From: Octopus bimaculoides
Lineage: Eukaryota
Length of the DNA stretch: 46,437 nt
Assembly: GCF_001194135.2 (NCBI RefSeq)
Contig: NC_068996.1
Coordinates: 25,476,306-25,522,742, forward strand
Direction: 5' to 3'
Below, piece by piece: positions 12,158 to 22,870 of the stretch. The translations under genes and the position numbers were made by a program. Under the pieces are notes generated by a model, which was not told the origin of the DNA, ran no database searches, and saw only the letters and a program-made list of their open reading frames with translations. Position 1 is the stretch's first letter. Each line of letters begins with the position of its first letter.

Positions 12158-12607
12158 TGTAGTGGCGCGAAATTATAGCCGCCATTGAGGAAGTACTATC
12201 TGCACATGTGCAAGGGACTTGCCTTTCCGGAAGCCACTTGAGTGAGCATGCATAGTAAAACTAGTAGTTAAAGAGTTGGTTTCACTTTGTAAGTCAGTTG
12301 AGCGAGAGACCTTCGACGTGACAATACCTCGCTCCTCCACGAAGCACTCTTCACCACGATGCCTTCGATGGTGATAGCTACTTGTTTTTCTGGCAGGCAT
12401 CAAGGAAGCCCTTAACCTTCCATTACCAAACTACAACTTAATCAGCGGCTGCTAAGCTGAATGACAGGAATTGTGAAACCAAGCATCATCATAAATAAAA
12501 CCTTTTTATTATATTGTTAATTGTTCTAATGTCTCTTCATATATAATGCTGTTGAAAGGTGATAGAGAGAGACTAAAGTCTCTATGACAACTATCAAAAC
12601 TTTTACA
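12158..12607 (+). mobile_element. Solo-LTR-like insert B (450 bp), probably Gypsy-type
   Basis: TGTA...TACA termini, 4-bp TSD ATTT (12154-12157, 12608-12611), AATAAA 12494-12499, terminal hairpin 12550-12607; removal restores LINE frame KTYEIINF*LYVSAIT. Confidence 0.8.
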
Positions 12608-13462
12608 ATTTCATAGGTTTTCATACTTCTAGACTGTGCAGTCTTCAGATAATTGTTTGCTATTTCGTTTACTGCCATTAATTTTAATTTACTGGGTTCT
12701 TTACTTTTGCTGCTGTTGTATGGCCTGTCATTCAAATTAAGGTTGAGGGCCTATTGAAACATTTTTCCAGATCACTTGTAAGGAGGCATCAACAAGTTTT
12801 TGGTGCTCTGTTTATACAGTATAGGTATGAATTTCAACTAAATTGTTGGTGTGTTGTTTACTGCTAGACTTAGCTGACCATTCTGTCTGTCCATCAGTGG
12901 AAGTGGGATGATTATCTTAAATGACTGGCTTTATAGTGCAGCCAGCCTGCCTTGCATCAGAGATTTCTATTAGACGTATCAAATTACATCTAATGATATG
13001 TTTTGCTTGTTCATTTAAATGTTTTGGTGAAAAATCTAATTTGGGTGTTTGGAGTTCCACAAATTTTTTAGCATTTGCATAAACCAAACTTTTGGGGGTC
13101 AGGTTGTATATATACTTCATATAAATGTTTGTTAAGATTCTAGGTCCATTGCATACAGTGATTGTAGTCACAATTTGGTAAAGAAGACTTATACATTTAG
13201 CCATGATGATTTTGTCTGTTCACTGATATTTGTATTTGTTTCTCAAAATAAACAATGATTATTTTTTAAAACTTTGACAAAGTTTTGTCAGAATTAAATT
13301 TAAAGTTGTTCACAGCATGGGTAATCTTTCCTTTCAGGTTGTTTTTAATTCTACAATTGTATTTAAACATACATATTGAGTGGTGTTTGTCGTTCTTGTG
13401 TCTTTTTCTTTTATGTATGTATGTATATGTGAATGTGCGTGTGTCTGTGTGCACGCATGCAT

Positions 13463-13498
<36 letters not shown>

Positions 13499-13632
13499 CT
13501 CCTCGTCCTCGTCCTCGTCCTCGCCCTCCTCGTCCTCGTCCTCCTCCTCCTCCTTGTCCTCGTCCTCGTCCTCCTCCTCCTCCTTGTCCTCGTCCTCGTC
13601 CTCCTCGTCCTCGTCCTCCTCCTCCTCACCAC

Positions 13633-13704
<72 letters not shown>

Positions 13705-13859
13705 NNNNNNNNNNNNNNNNNNNNNNNNNNNNNNNNNNNNNNNNNNNNNNNNNNNNNNNNNNNNNNNNNNNNNNNNNNNNNNNNNNNNNNNNNNNNNNNN
13801 NNNNNNNNNNNNNNNNNNNNNNNNNNNNNNNNNNNNNNNNNNNNNNNNNNNNNNNNNNN

Positions 13860-13957
<98 letters not shown>
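13463..13957. repeat. Compound (GTC)/(CTC)/(ATC)n microsatellite spanning an N-gap
   Basis: Directly visible; source of the poly-amino-acid ORFs. Confidence 0.95.
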
Positions 13958-14130
13958 TTAAGGTCTGTTTTCCATGCTGCATGGGTTGGACAGTTTGACT
14001 GGAGCTGGTAAAGCCAGGGGCCACACCAGGTTCCATTGTCTGTTCTGGTTTCTACAGCTGGATGCCCTTCCTAATGCCAACCACTCCACAGAGTGTACTG
14101 GGTGCTTTTTATATGGCTCCAGTGCCAGTA
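13958..14130 (-). mobile_element. RTE-family 3' tail fragment
   Basis: TTTCCATGCT..GGGTTGGACAGTTTGAC..GGATGCCCTTCCTAATGCCAACCACTC matches the reverse complement of the tail after the RT CDS at 44750-44945. Confidence 0.75.
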
Positions 14131-14153
14131 TCAATTCTGCTGCAGCAGACAGG

Positions 14154-14192
<39 letters not shown>

Positions 14193-14879
14193 CGTGTGAG
14201 AAATTACAATAAATACAAGTTTTATGTGATTTATTCCTTGTGTATATTTCACCATTGAAACTATTAGCATCCTCTGCAGTGGACGTTCCAAGTGCCACTG
14301 GATGCTGGACCACAACAGACCATAGGAATCTGTACACACAAGATATAATGTGTGGCAGCTGATGATGGGAACACACATTTGCTTTGCTCGATAATTAATT
14401 TCTTATATCTTAGTCCAGTTATTCTGAGGTTGTCCTTCATTCTTGTAAAGTGGAAAGTGTTTGTGGATTCATACTCTGTGGGCATCACTTTGGTATCGTT
14501 TGACTTTCCATCATAGGTAATCTAATTAGGCTCAGATAGTGTTTAGATATTGGTATCTAGTTTTGGGAGGTTCTGTAGTATATTTATTGATATATATTGT
14601 TGTTGTTCTATATCTACTTTCCATGCTGGCATGAGGTGGACAGGTCAACATGGAGCAAGTCAGCTCTCACTTGGACTTTCTGCTCTTAAGCAATTCACTA
14701 TATACAACAGGATGTTTGGGTCCAGCACCTCATGAAGTAGAATGAAATTTATAGAAATCTGACTGAATATTGTGCTGAATTATGGAGGGAATGTCTAAAA
14801 AGACAAGAGAGATGTCCAAGAATGTTTTCTTGAAGATTAACCTAGATTTGTGAGATTATTTTTGAGAAACAGACAATTT

Positions 14880-16050
14880 TTATAGCAAAAGAAACATCTG
14901 AAATATGGCAAATATTGTAAGATATATTGTTGAGACTTATTCATAGTTCTTTACAGAACCAATTAAATAAAAAGGATAGAAGAAATCAAATGGTAATCTG
15001 CTATTTTGTAAGGGAGCTCCTGTAAAATACTCCAAAGCTGGTTCAGAAACATCTTGAAATGCTACAGACATTACCAGTTCAATACTGTATCTTTTTCATA
15101 GTTTGTTGGATCACACTGTAATAATATTATCTTTAGTTTTCCATAGACTAAAAAAATCTCAATAATCTTTGGCTGAGGATTACTACTTATGGATACAGCT
15201 TTAGAATATGATACTTGTATTTGCATTCCTGTAACAACTTGGGTGCACTGATCTGGTGCTTCAAACTGAGACTGTGGAGGTTTATTCTGTTTATATATTG
15301 TCAACCAGTCAGCAACAAACTCTACTGGAGAGGTACCAAATATTGCTACATGGGTGGCATTTTGTTGCTGCAGAATATTGCTCATTCCTTCAAGGTTTTT
15401 GCACTGAATACTGAGGTCAGAGAGTTTTAATTTTAAGAAGCAACCAGTCTGCATATCAACTCCAAAAATAACAGGCACTCGATTTTGCCAGAACACAAGC
15501 CATCAGGTGAAGGTTGTAGAATTAATTGTAAGTCAGTTGGTTCAATCAGAGCTTAAATTAATTATCGAATGTCCTGTTGGCAAATTAGTTCTTGTTCCAG
15601 CTAATAATGGTTTCACCCCTTATGTAACCAGGGTTACCACTCCTCTTGAAATTTGTATTATTTTCTGTCTCCATCATTTGAAATTCTGTGGAAGAGGTTT
15701 GAGTAAAAGGTAAATCGGGCTGTGTTAAATTCATTAAATTGAGAGTCAGATGGACTGAAGTGTATAAAATGATAAATAACCTTGTTGACAATATTCATGC
15801 AACTAGAACCAGATAATATAGGAGTAAATTGATTCGTGGAACTGCTGAATTCTGATGGATCAAAGCTACCAAATTTGTTATACATGATGATATTGGATAT
15901 GGCAATTGTATAGTTGCTATTGTATAAGTCAAAACCCAGCTTATTACCTGACTTGTTTCTACGGTTGGATGCACTTACAGTTTTATTCAATAACGTTTCA
16001 ATTATTTGAAGTCTTCCTATAAGAAGGAAATGGTTTTTAACAAAGTTGCA
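14880..16050 (-). pseudogene. TCTN: Tectonic-family (TCTN1/2/3-like) intronless pseudogene, C-terminal half
   Basis: Stitched minus frames: PILSGSSCMNIVNKVIY; RSGNPGYIRG/KPLLAG; NRVPVIFGVDMQTGC; THVAIFGTSPVEFVADW; SNPQPKII; SVAFQDVSEP..NSRLPFDFFYPF (cf. TCTN1 SGNPGYVVGLPLAAG, RTPVLFGYTMQSGC, LNPQAKI, VTFVDVSAP..NARLPFNFFFPF). Frameshifts near 15750, 15614 and 15095; TGA at 15542, 15533, 15503; no introns; 5' limit uncertain. Confidence 0.88.
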
Positions 16051-16109
16051 AAACTCCACCATTGAAATGTAGATAAAAAACCAAATTCACCTTTTAAACT
16101 TGAGAAAAG

Positions 16110-16310
16110 TAATGCAAATTTTTAGTGTTCCACTTACAGATTGTATTTGTAATGTGCTTGTTAGCTACATTGTGTCACATAGAGAGGTAGTACCTTGACA
16201 ACATTTTGGGGCGTCTGCTAATTAAATGTGTGATGTCTTCCACAGAAGTATGGCATAATCAACATTTCAGATTCATCTTGGGGTTCCAAGAAGTTATGTA
16301 TGTATATTTG
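16110..16310 (-). mobile_element. R4/Dong-like LINE fragment (CCHC zinc knuckle)
   Basis: Minus KC*LCHTSVEDITHLIS..PKMLSRYYLSM*HNVA resembles the CCHC region of the same clade at 32870-33590. Confidence 0.7.
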
Positions 16311-17209
16311 TATGCATACAAGCATGTATATATTTATGCCTATATATATCTGTCCATGTGTTAAGCATGATTATATACATACTTGCAATGGTGTATATAT
16401 GTATGTGTTCATATGCATGTATGTATATCTATGCACATGTGTATATAAATGTGTATGATAATCATGATATGTGTGTGTATGTGTGTTTATGTATATATAT
16501 ACATACATACACATACCCATACACACACCCATACATACATACACTCATACATGCATACATAGCTACATACATACATACATACATACATGCATATACACAT
16601 ACATAAATACATATATACATACATACATACATANNNNNNNNNNNNNNNNNNNNNNNNNNNNNNNNNNNNNNNNNNNNNNNNNNNNNNNNNNNNNNNNNNN
16701 NNNNNNNNNNNNNNNNNNNNNNNNNNNNNNNNNNNNNNNNNNNNNNNNNNNNNNNNNNNNNNNNNNNNNNNNNNNNNNNNNNNNNNNNNNNNNNNNNNNN
16801 NNNNNNNNNNNNNNNNNNNNNNNNNNNNNNNNNNNNNNNNNNNNNNNNNNNNNNNNNNNNNNNNNNNNNNNNNNNNNNNNNNNNNNNNNNNNNNNNNNNN
16901 NNNNNNNNNNNNNNNNNNNNNNNNNNNNNNNNNNNNNNNNNNNNNNNNNNNNNNNNNNNNNNNNNNNNNNNNNNNNNNNNNNNNNNNNNNNNNNNNNNNN
17001 NNNNNNNNNNNNNNNNNNNNNNNNNNNNNNNNNNNNNNNNNNNNNNNNNNNNNNNNNNNNNNNNNNNNNNNNNNNNNNNNNNNNNNNNNNNNNNNNNNNN
17101 NNNNNNNNNNNNNNNNNNNNNNNNNNNNNNNNNNNNNNNNNNNNNNNNNNNNNNNNNNNNNNNNNNNNNNNNNNNNNNNNNNNNNNNNNNNNNNNNNNNN
17201 NNNNNNNNT

Positions 17210-17810
17210 CCAATCTGATTTGGCAGAGTTTCTACAGCTGGAGGCCCTTCCTAATGCCAACCACTCAGAGAGTGTAGTGGGTGCTTTTATGTGCCACCAG
17301 CACGAGGGCCAGTCAGGCGGTACTGGCAACGGCCACACTCGAAATGGTGTAATAATAATAATAATAATAATCATTTAATGTCTGTTGTCTATACTGGCAT
17401 GGGTTAGACGGTTTGACTGGGCTGGTAAGCTGGAAGGCTGCACCAAACTCCAGTCTGATTTGGCATGGTTTTCTACAGCTGGATATCCTTCCTAACATTG
17501 ACCACTCCAAGAGTGTAATGGGTGCTTTTATGTGTTACTGGCATGGGTACTGTTTGCATGACACCGGGCTGTGTTTATGTGCCACCAGCATTGGTGCCAA
17601 TTTGCATGACACTGGTATCTGCCACAACTATGATTTTACTCAGCTTGATGGGTCTTCTCAAGTACAACATAATGCCAAAAGTCTTGGTCATTGCCTCTGT
17701 AAGGTCCAACGCTCAATAGGAACTCAGCCACTTTGCCTCTGTGAGGCCCAATGCCTGAAAGGAACCCAGCCACTTTGCCTCTGTGAGGACCAATGTTCAA
17801 AAGGTGTTCT
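17210..17810 (-). mobile_element. Two stacked RTE 3'-end fragments
   Basis: Same tail motifs as 44750-44945, twice, separated by (AAT)n. Confidence 0.75.
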
Positions 17811-17844
17811 TTAATAATAATAATAATAATAATAGTAATAATAA

Positions 17845-18454
17845 TTTTCTCAAATGATGTAGGTATGATATTTGGGATTGAAAAGTATGCTATATATCTA
17901 ATGAAATGAGAAAGCTTTGAAGCCAGAAAATTGAAATGACAAATGGACAGACAATGAAAACAGTTGAGAAAGGATGGTAGTATGAGTATTGAGGAATACT
18001 GGAGGCTGATGAAATAAAACATGAAGAAATGAAGCAAATTACAAGTAGAGAGTATACAAGGAGAGTGGGAAAGATATTACAGCCAAAGTTGAATTCAAAA
18101 AATACTATCGAAGCAATAAATGTGATGGACAGTATCAGTAATCAGATATGGAGTAGGAATTGTTGATTGGACAAAAAGCAATATACAGAAATTTGACAGA
18201 GAAAGTAGAAAGCTGTTGACAATGTATGGAGTCCATCATATGAAAGCTGATATTAACTGGTAGTACTAGAAGAGAGACCAGGATGGAAGAGGCTGAATTG
18301 CTGTGGAGGACTGTGTTGTACAGATGGAAAGAAAAAGCCTATTAGAATATTTACAGAACAACACAGAGAAATTACTAAAATCAGTGAATAAAGAACAGGT
18401 GATCAAGTGTGGAAGAGGAGAAAAGGATAAGAATGAAATTCAAAGAGAGCACGT
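17845..18454 (+). mobile_element. R4/Dong-like LINE RT C-terminal fragment
   Basis: FSNDVGMIFGIEK..EY*GILEADEIKHEEMK..EYTRRVGKIL..KLNSKNTIEAIN..VIRYGVGIVDWTK..HHMKADI..GRG*IAVEDCV; starts right after (TAA)n. Confidence 0.8.
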
Positions 18455-18848
18455 NNNNNNNNNNNNNNNNNNNNNNNNNNNNNNNNNNNNNNNNNNNNNN
18501 NNNNNNNNNNNNNNNNNNNNNNNNNNNNNNNNNNNNNNNNNNNNNNNNNNNNNNNNNNNNNNNNNNNNNNNNNNNNNNNNNNNNNNNNNNNNNNNNNNNN
18601 NNNNNNNNNNNNNNNNNNNNNNNNNNNNNNNNNNNNNNNNNNNNNNNNNNNNNNNNNNNNNNNNNNNNNNNNNNNNNNNNNNNNNNNNNNNNNNNNNNNN
18701 NNNNNNNNNNNNNNNNNNNNNNNNNNNNNNNNNNNNNNNNNNNNNNNNNNNNNNNNNNNNNNNATCCGTGATTCCCTTCGAAGAAAGCTTTGTAAAAGTG
18801 CGAATAACTATTGAGTCACTCTTGTGTGTGTATGTGTGTGTGTGTGTG

Positions 18849-18894
<46 letters not shown>

Positions 18895-18899
18895 ATCAT

Positions 18900-19590
18900 G
18901 AACAACATCATCTAGTTGAACTTGCTTGGACATTTTTAACCCACACATGCTATCCATCTTGGTCCTGCATTAGTTAAGGGAGGTCTACAGGGAGACATCC
19001 AGTTTCTCTGGTGTGTTGATCTACATGTTGTGTTTGTTTGACCTGCTCTAGTAAGACCATGCCCTGGCATCCATAGCAGTAGGTCACTTGTCAGCTCTTG
19101 TTTAACTCACCAGCAATGTCCTGCAAAGCACAAGCACCTTTCTTTTATAATAGTGGAAATAGTCAAGAGATCTCTATACAGCTGTTTCTTGGTGGGATGA
19201 GCTCTTCAAGATACATGTAAGACTGCTCTTAACATTCAGGTGTAAGTTCCATCTAACTTGTGTTCCAGTTGTTTTGGTAAGCATCCAGGCCTTTGCTTCG
19301 TATAACAGGACTAATTCTACAATTGTACAGAAAATTTTTCTTTTTTGATTTCCAGTCAAGATAAGTGATTGGACATCCAGCTAAAAAAATAACTGAAGCA
19401 GACTATGTTGATAATTTAGCTTTGCTCTCTGATACAATGACAAATTCCACCCAATTACTTAAGAGCGTAGAATTAGCTGCATGTGATGCTGGACCACATG
19501 TTAATCCTAGTAAAACCAAGTCCATTGCCTACAACCAACAAGGATATCAGCAGAGACCCCATCAATCAAGTTGATGATTTTATGAACCTC
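18900..19590. mobile_element. RTE-clade LINE fragment with internal inversion
   Basis: Plus 19365-19590: ADYVDNLALLS..VNPSKTK (RT core); minus 19359 downwards: KIFCTIVELVLLYEAKAWMLTK (downstream RTE motif). Confidence 0.7.
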
Positions 19591-19594
19591 AGTC

Positions 19595-19972
19595 CTGAGA
19601 CAGCCTTGCTCAACTACATAGTTCAGGGTTCAGTCCCACTGAGTGGCACCTTGTGGAAGTGTCTTCTAGTATAGCGTTGGGCCAACCAAAGCCTTGTGAT
19701 TGGATTTGGTAGACGGAAACTGAAAGAAGCCAATTGTGTGTGTGTGTGCATGTGTGCGTGTGTCTGCGTTTGTCCCCCAACACCACTTGATAACTGATGT
19801 TGATGTGTTTACATCCCTGTAACTTAGCAGTTTGGCAAAACAGACCAATAGAATAAGTACCAGGCTTAACAAAAAGTACTGGGGGTTGATTCATTCAACT
19901 AAAAATTCTTCAAGGTGACACTCCAGCACAACCACAGTCTAATGACTGGAACAAATAAAAAATAAAAGATAT
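19595..19972 (+). mobile_element. SINE family A, full length
   Basis: GGGTTCAGTCCCACTG..GGATTTGGTAGACGGAAACTGAAAGAAGCC..tail. Confidence 0.85.
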
Positions 19973-20609
19973 ANNNNNNNNNNNNNNNNNNNNNNNNNNN
20001 NNNNNNNNNNNNNNNNNNNNNNNNNNNNNNNNNNNNNNNNNNNNNNNNNNNNNNNNNNNNNNNNNNNNNNNNNNNNNNNNNNNNNNNNNNNNNNNNNNNN
20101 NNNNNNNNNNNNNNNNNNNNNNNNNNNNNNNNNNNNNNNNNNNNNNNNNNNNNNNNNNNNNNNNNNNNNNNNNNNNNNNNNNNNNNNNNNNNNNNNNNNN
20201 NNNNNNNNNNNNNNNNNNNNNNNNNNNNNNNNNNNNNNNNNNNNNNNNNNNNNNNNNNNNNNNNNNNNNNNNNNNNNNNNNNNNNNNNNNNNNNNNNNNN
20301 NNNNNNNNNNNNCCATCCCACTTCCATTGCGCGTGCACACACACACACACACACATTCACATACTCCCCGCTTTATATAGACACACATATATTCACACAC
20401 AGAGTTGAAACACTCACCCCTTCCTTCCTTATTCATCTATCACCCCTTCCTTTCTCATTCATAAACCACAAGAGTATTATTATAGTAGATTATCTCGGTA
20501 ACCATGGGAGCTATGAAAAAACACAAAGCCCAGCATCACACCAGATCATTCTACACATCTGTGTAATTTTTTGCGCAATACTACACAGCCGTTTGACTGT
20601 GAATCCCCA

Positions 20610-22040
20610 GACAAGAAAGAATCTCATTTGGCTTGCTGGGTCTTCTCAAGCACAGCATATCTCCAAAGGTCTTGGTCATCACCTCTGTAAAGCCCAACAT
20701 TCGAAGGTCATGCTTCACCACCTCATTCTAGGTCTTCTTGGGTCTATCTCTTTCACAGGTTCCCTCTACTGCTAGGGTGTTACACTTTTTCACACAGCTG
20801 TCATTATCCATACGCTACACATGACCATACCAGTGCAGTCGTCTCTTTCTTGTCTCTTCTGGCAAGCCAGAAGGCTGCACAAGGCTCTGATCTGATTGGG
20901 CAGAATTTCTACAGCCCTTCCTAATGCCAACCACTCTGAGAATGTAGTAGGTACTTTTTACGTGCTACCGGCACAAAGGCCAGTCAGGCGGTATTGGCAT
21001 CAACCACACTCAAACGGTTCTTTTTAATTGCTACCGGCACAGGTGCCAATCAGGTGGTACTATCATCGGCTACGACAATGACTTCACTTGACTAAACAGG
21101 TCTTCACAAGCGCAGTTTATTGCCAATGATTGAAGGGTACACTTAGATGGGTTGGTTATGCTGCACTAGCATAGGGCACAATTACAGTCTCACTTGGCTT
21201 GCTGGGTCTTCTCAAGCACAGCATATCTCCAAAGGTCTCGGTCATCACCTCTGTGAAGCCCAACATTCGAAGGTCGTGCTTCACCACCTCATCCTAGGTC
21301 TTCCTGGGTCTACCTCTTTCACAGGTTCCCTCTACTGCTAGGGTGTGACACTTTTTCACACAGCTGTCGTCATCCATACACTACATATGACCATACCAGT
21401 GCAGTCGTCTCTTTTGCACACCACATCTGATGCTTCTTATCTCCAACTTTTCTCCAGAACACTTACACTCTGTTGTGTATACACACTGACATTACACATC
21501 CAGCAGTACATACTAGCTTCATTCCTTGCAAGCTTACACATGTCCTCAGCAGTCACAGCCCATGTGTCACTGCCATCTAGCATGGCTGTTTGCACATATG
21601 CTTTATACAGCCTACCTTTTACTCTGAGCTAGAGGTCGTTTGTTACCAGCAGAGGTAGGAGCTTTCTGAACTTTGACCAGGCTATTCTTATTCTAGCAGC
21701 TAAGCTCTCAGAGCAACCACACCCACTACTGACTTGGTCACTTAGGTAACAAAAACTATCAACTACTTGTAGTTTTTCCCCCTGGAATGTGACAGAAGTT
21801 GTTTTTTGCACATTTTCAGTGTTTATTGCCCCTGAGCATTTGCCACACACAAAAACTTCCTAGTTAGTCTTCGTTTGATATTGCTGCACCTCTTATGTGT
21901 CCATAGCTTATGCCAGGTACATCTTACAGAGTTTCTACCTACACCTTTTCTACAGATTGAGCAGGGACATCTACCTGAAGGGATTTGTGATCTGTCTACC
22001 TTCCTGCTTATCAAGACTTTTACTTTTGCTAAATTGACTC
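20610..22040 (-). mobile_element. RTE LINE 3' portion with a 226-bp internal duplicate
   Basis: Minus CSICRKGVGRNSVRCTW.KLWTHKRC, GEKLQVVDSFCYLSDQV, ARIRIAWSKFRKLLPLL; 20622-20848 nearly equals 21188-21413. Confidence 0.85.
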
Positions 22041-22559
22041 TAAGGCCCTTTGATTCTAGACACGGTGATTATGTGTGGGTATGCCCTGAGAATGCATACA
22101 TAAGTATAAGTTCAAATATGAAATAGAAGTAGTGCTAGTGTAATAAATATTATCAACTTCACATATTTAAGGTACATGCTGTGTGTATTTGCCAGTGGGC
22201 TGTGATTTGATGTGAATACTCTCTCGAAGTGTTAGGTATTTATCACGATGCTTGTCTCTCTCTCCACCCCCTGTTCTTGCAGTATAACACCATTTTTTCA
22301 TCTCTCTCTCCTCCCCCTGCCAATTGTACCATCGCTATCCTGTTGCTCCCCCATATGCCAATGTTCACCACTCACTTCATTACCTCTCTCCTCTCCTCTT
22401 GCCTTTCTCTTTTTGCACACTCATGATCTCCCTACTCACTCATATTGTCCAATCCTCTGTGCTACTCCACTTACATTCACCTTTTATCTTAATGGTATGC
22501 TCTGACGTATCTTCACCTTCAGCTGCTATCTCTCTCTATCTCTCCAACTTGTATAGCCA

Positions 22560-22870
22560 TAGACACCTGTTTCTGCCCTTCTATCATAGTTTAACTTCTC
22601 GTCACTTGGCACAAAGCCACCTCCCTCAACACTTCTCCCCACCTCAGTTGAGATGTTTTTCTCTTGCAAGTTACTTGGCATCCTCACTGGTGCTAGTGTC
22701 ATGTAAGAAGCACCTATTACATTGTAAAATGGTTGGTATTGGGAAGGGCATCCAGACGTGGAAACCATGCCAAAGATGACACTAGAACTTGGAATAGTTC
22801 TCTGGCCTTCCAGCACCTGTCAAATCATCCAACCCTCACTGGCATGGAAGATGGATGTTAAATGATGACA
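22560..22870 (+). mobile_element. Interspersed repeat ending in an RTE-type tail and (GAT)n
   Basis: GGGAAGGGCATCCAG..GAAACCATGCCAAA..GGCATGGAAGATGGATGTTAAATGATGA. Confidence 0.6.

Larger units (their letters stand above)
9000..13260 (-). mobile_element. R4/Dong-clade-like non-LTR retrotransposon (RT + CCHC + restriction-like endonuclease), decayed, near full length
   Basis: Ordered minus motifs: N-terminal FSPKHLNEQAKHII (about 13000), LYVSAITIT (about 12130), KNYSPIAYQN, LDYQKAFESISHEWI, GIFQSDSLS, ISHLFFIDDLKL, CRLCK..MRHDAVV, NQPDIVWD..VVEISCP, LQKITISRTIKICKTFL (9064-9130). Confidence 0.9.

Noticed and set aside
12173-12403. 76-aa minus ORF and apparent E2F/YY1/ETS promoter motifs or a plus-strand exon
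   Set aside because: Lies entirely within LTR-like insert B defined by TSDs; not a host gene.
13285-14036. Long ORFs with poly-S/D/H/M/X tracts (also those at 16471-17378, 18303-18977, 19899-20436, 23324-23815, 28382-28803, 36298-36789, 37506-37865, 40321-41140)
   Set aside because: They are translations of microsatellites and N-gaps, not genes.
14264-14520. 85-codon minus open frame (EYESTNTFHFTRMKDNL..LIIEQSK..VQIPMV) loosely like the AMN post-VWC region
   Set aside because: No acceptor gives the expected phase-1 Gly, there is no good donor before the stop, and the plus strand fits a decayed RTE endonuclease (RSKCHWMLDH, MCG-ADD) about as well. Unresolved without alignment.
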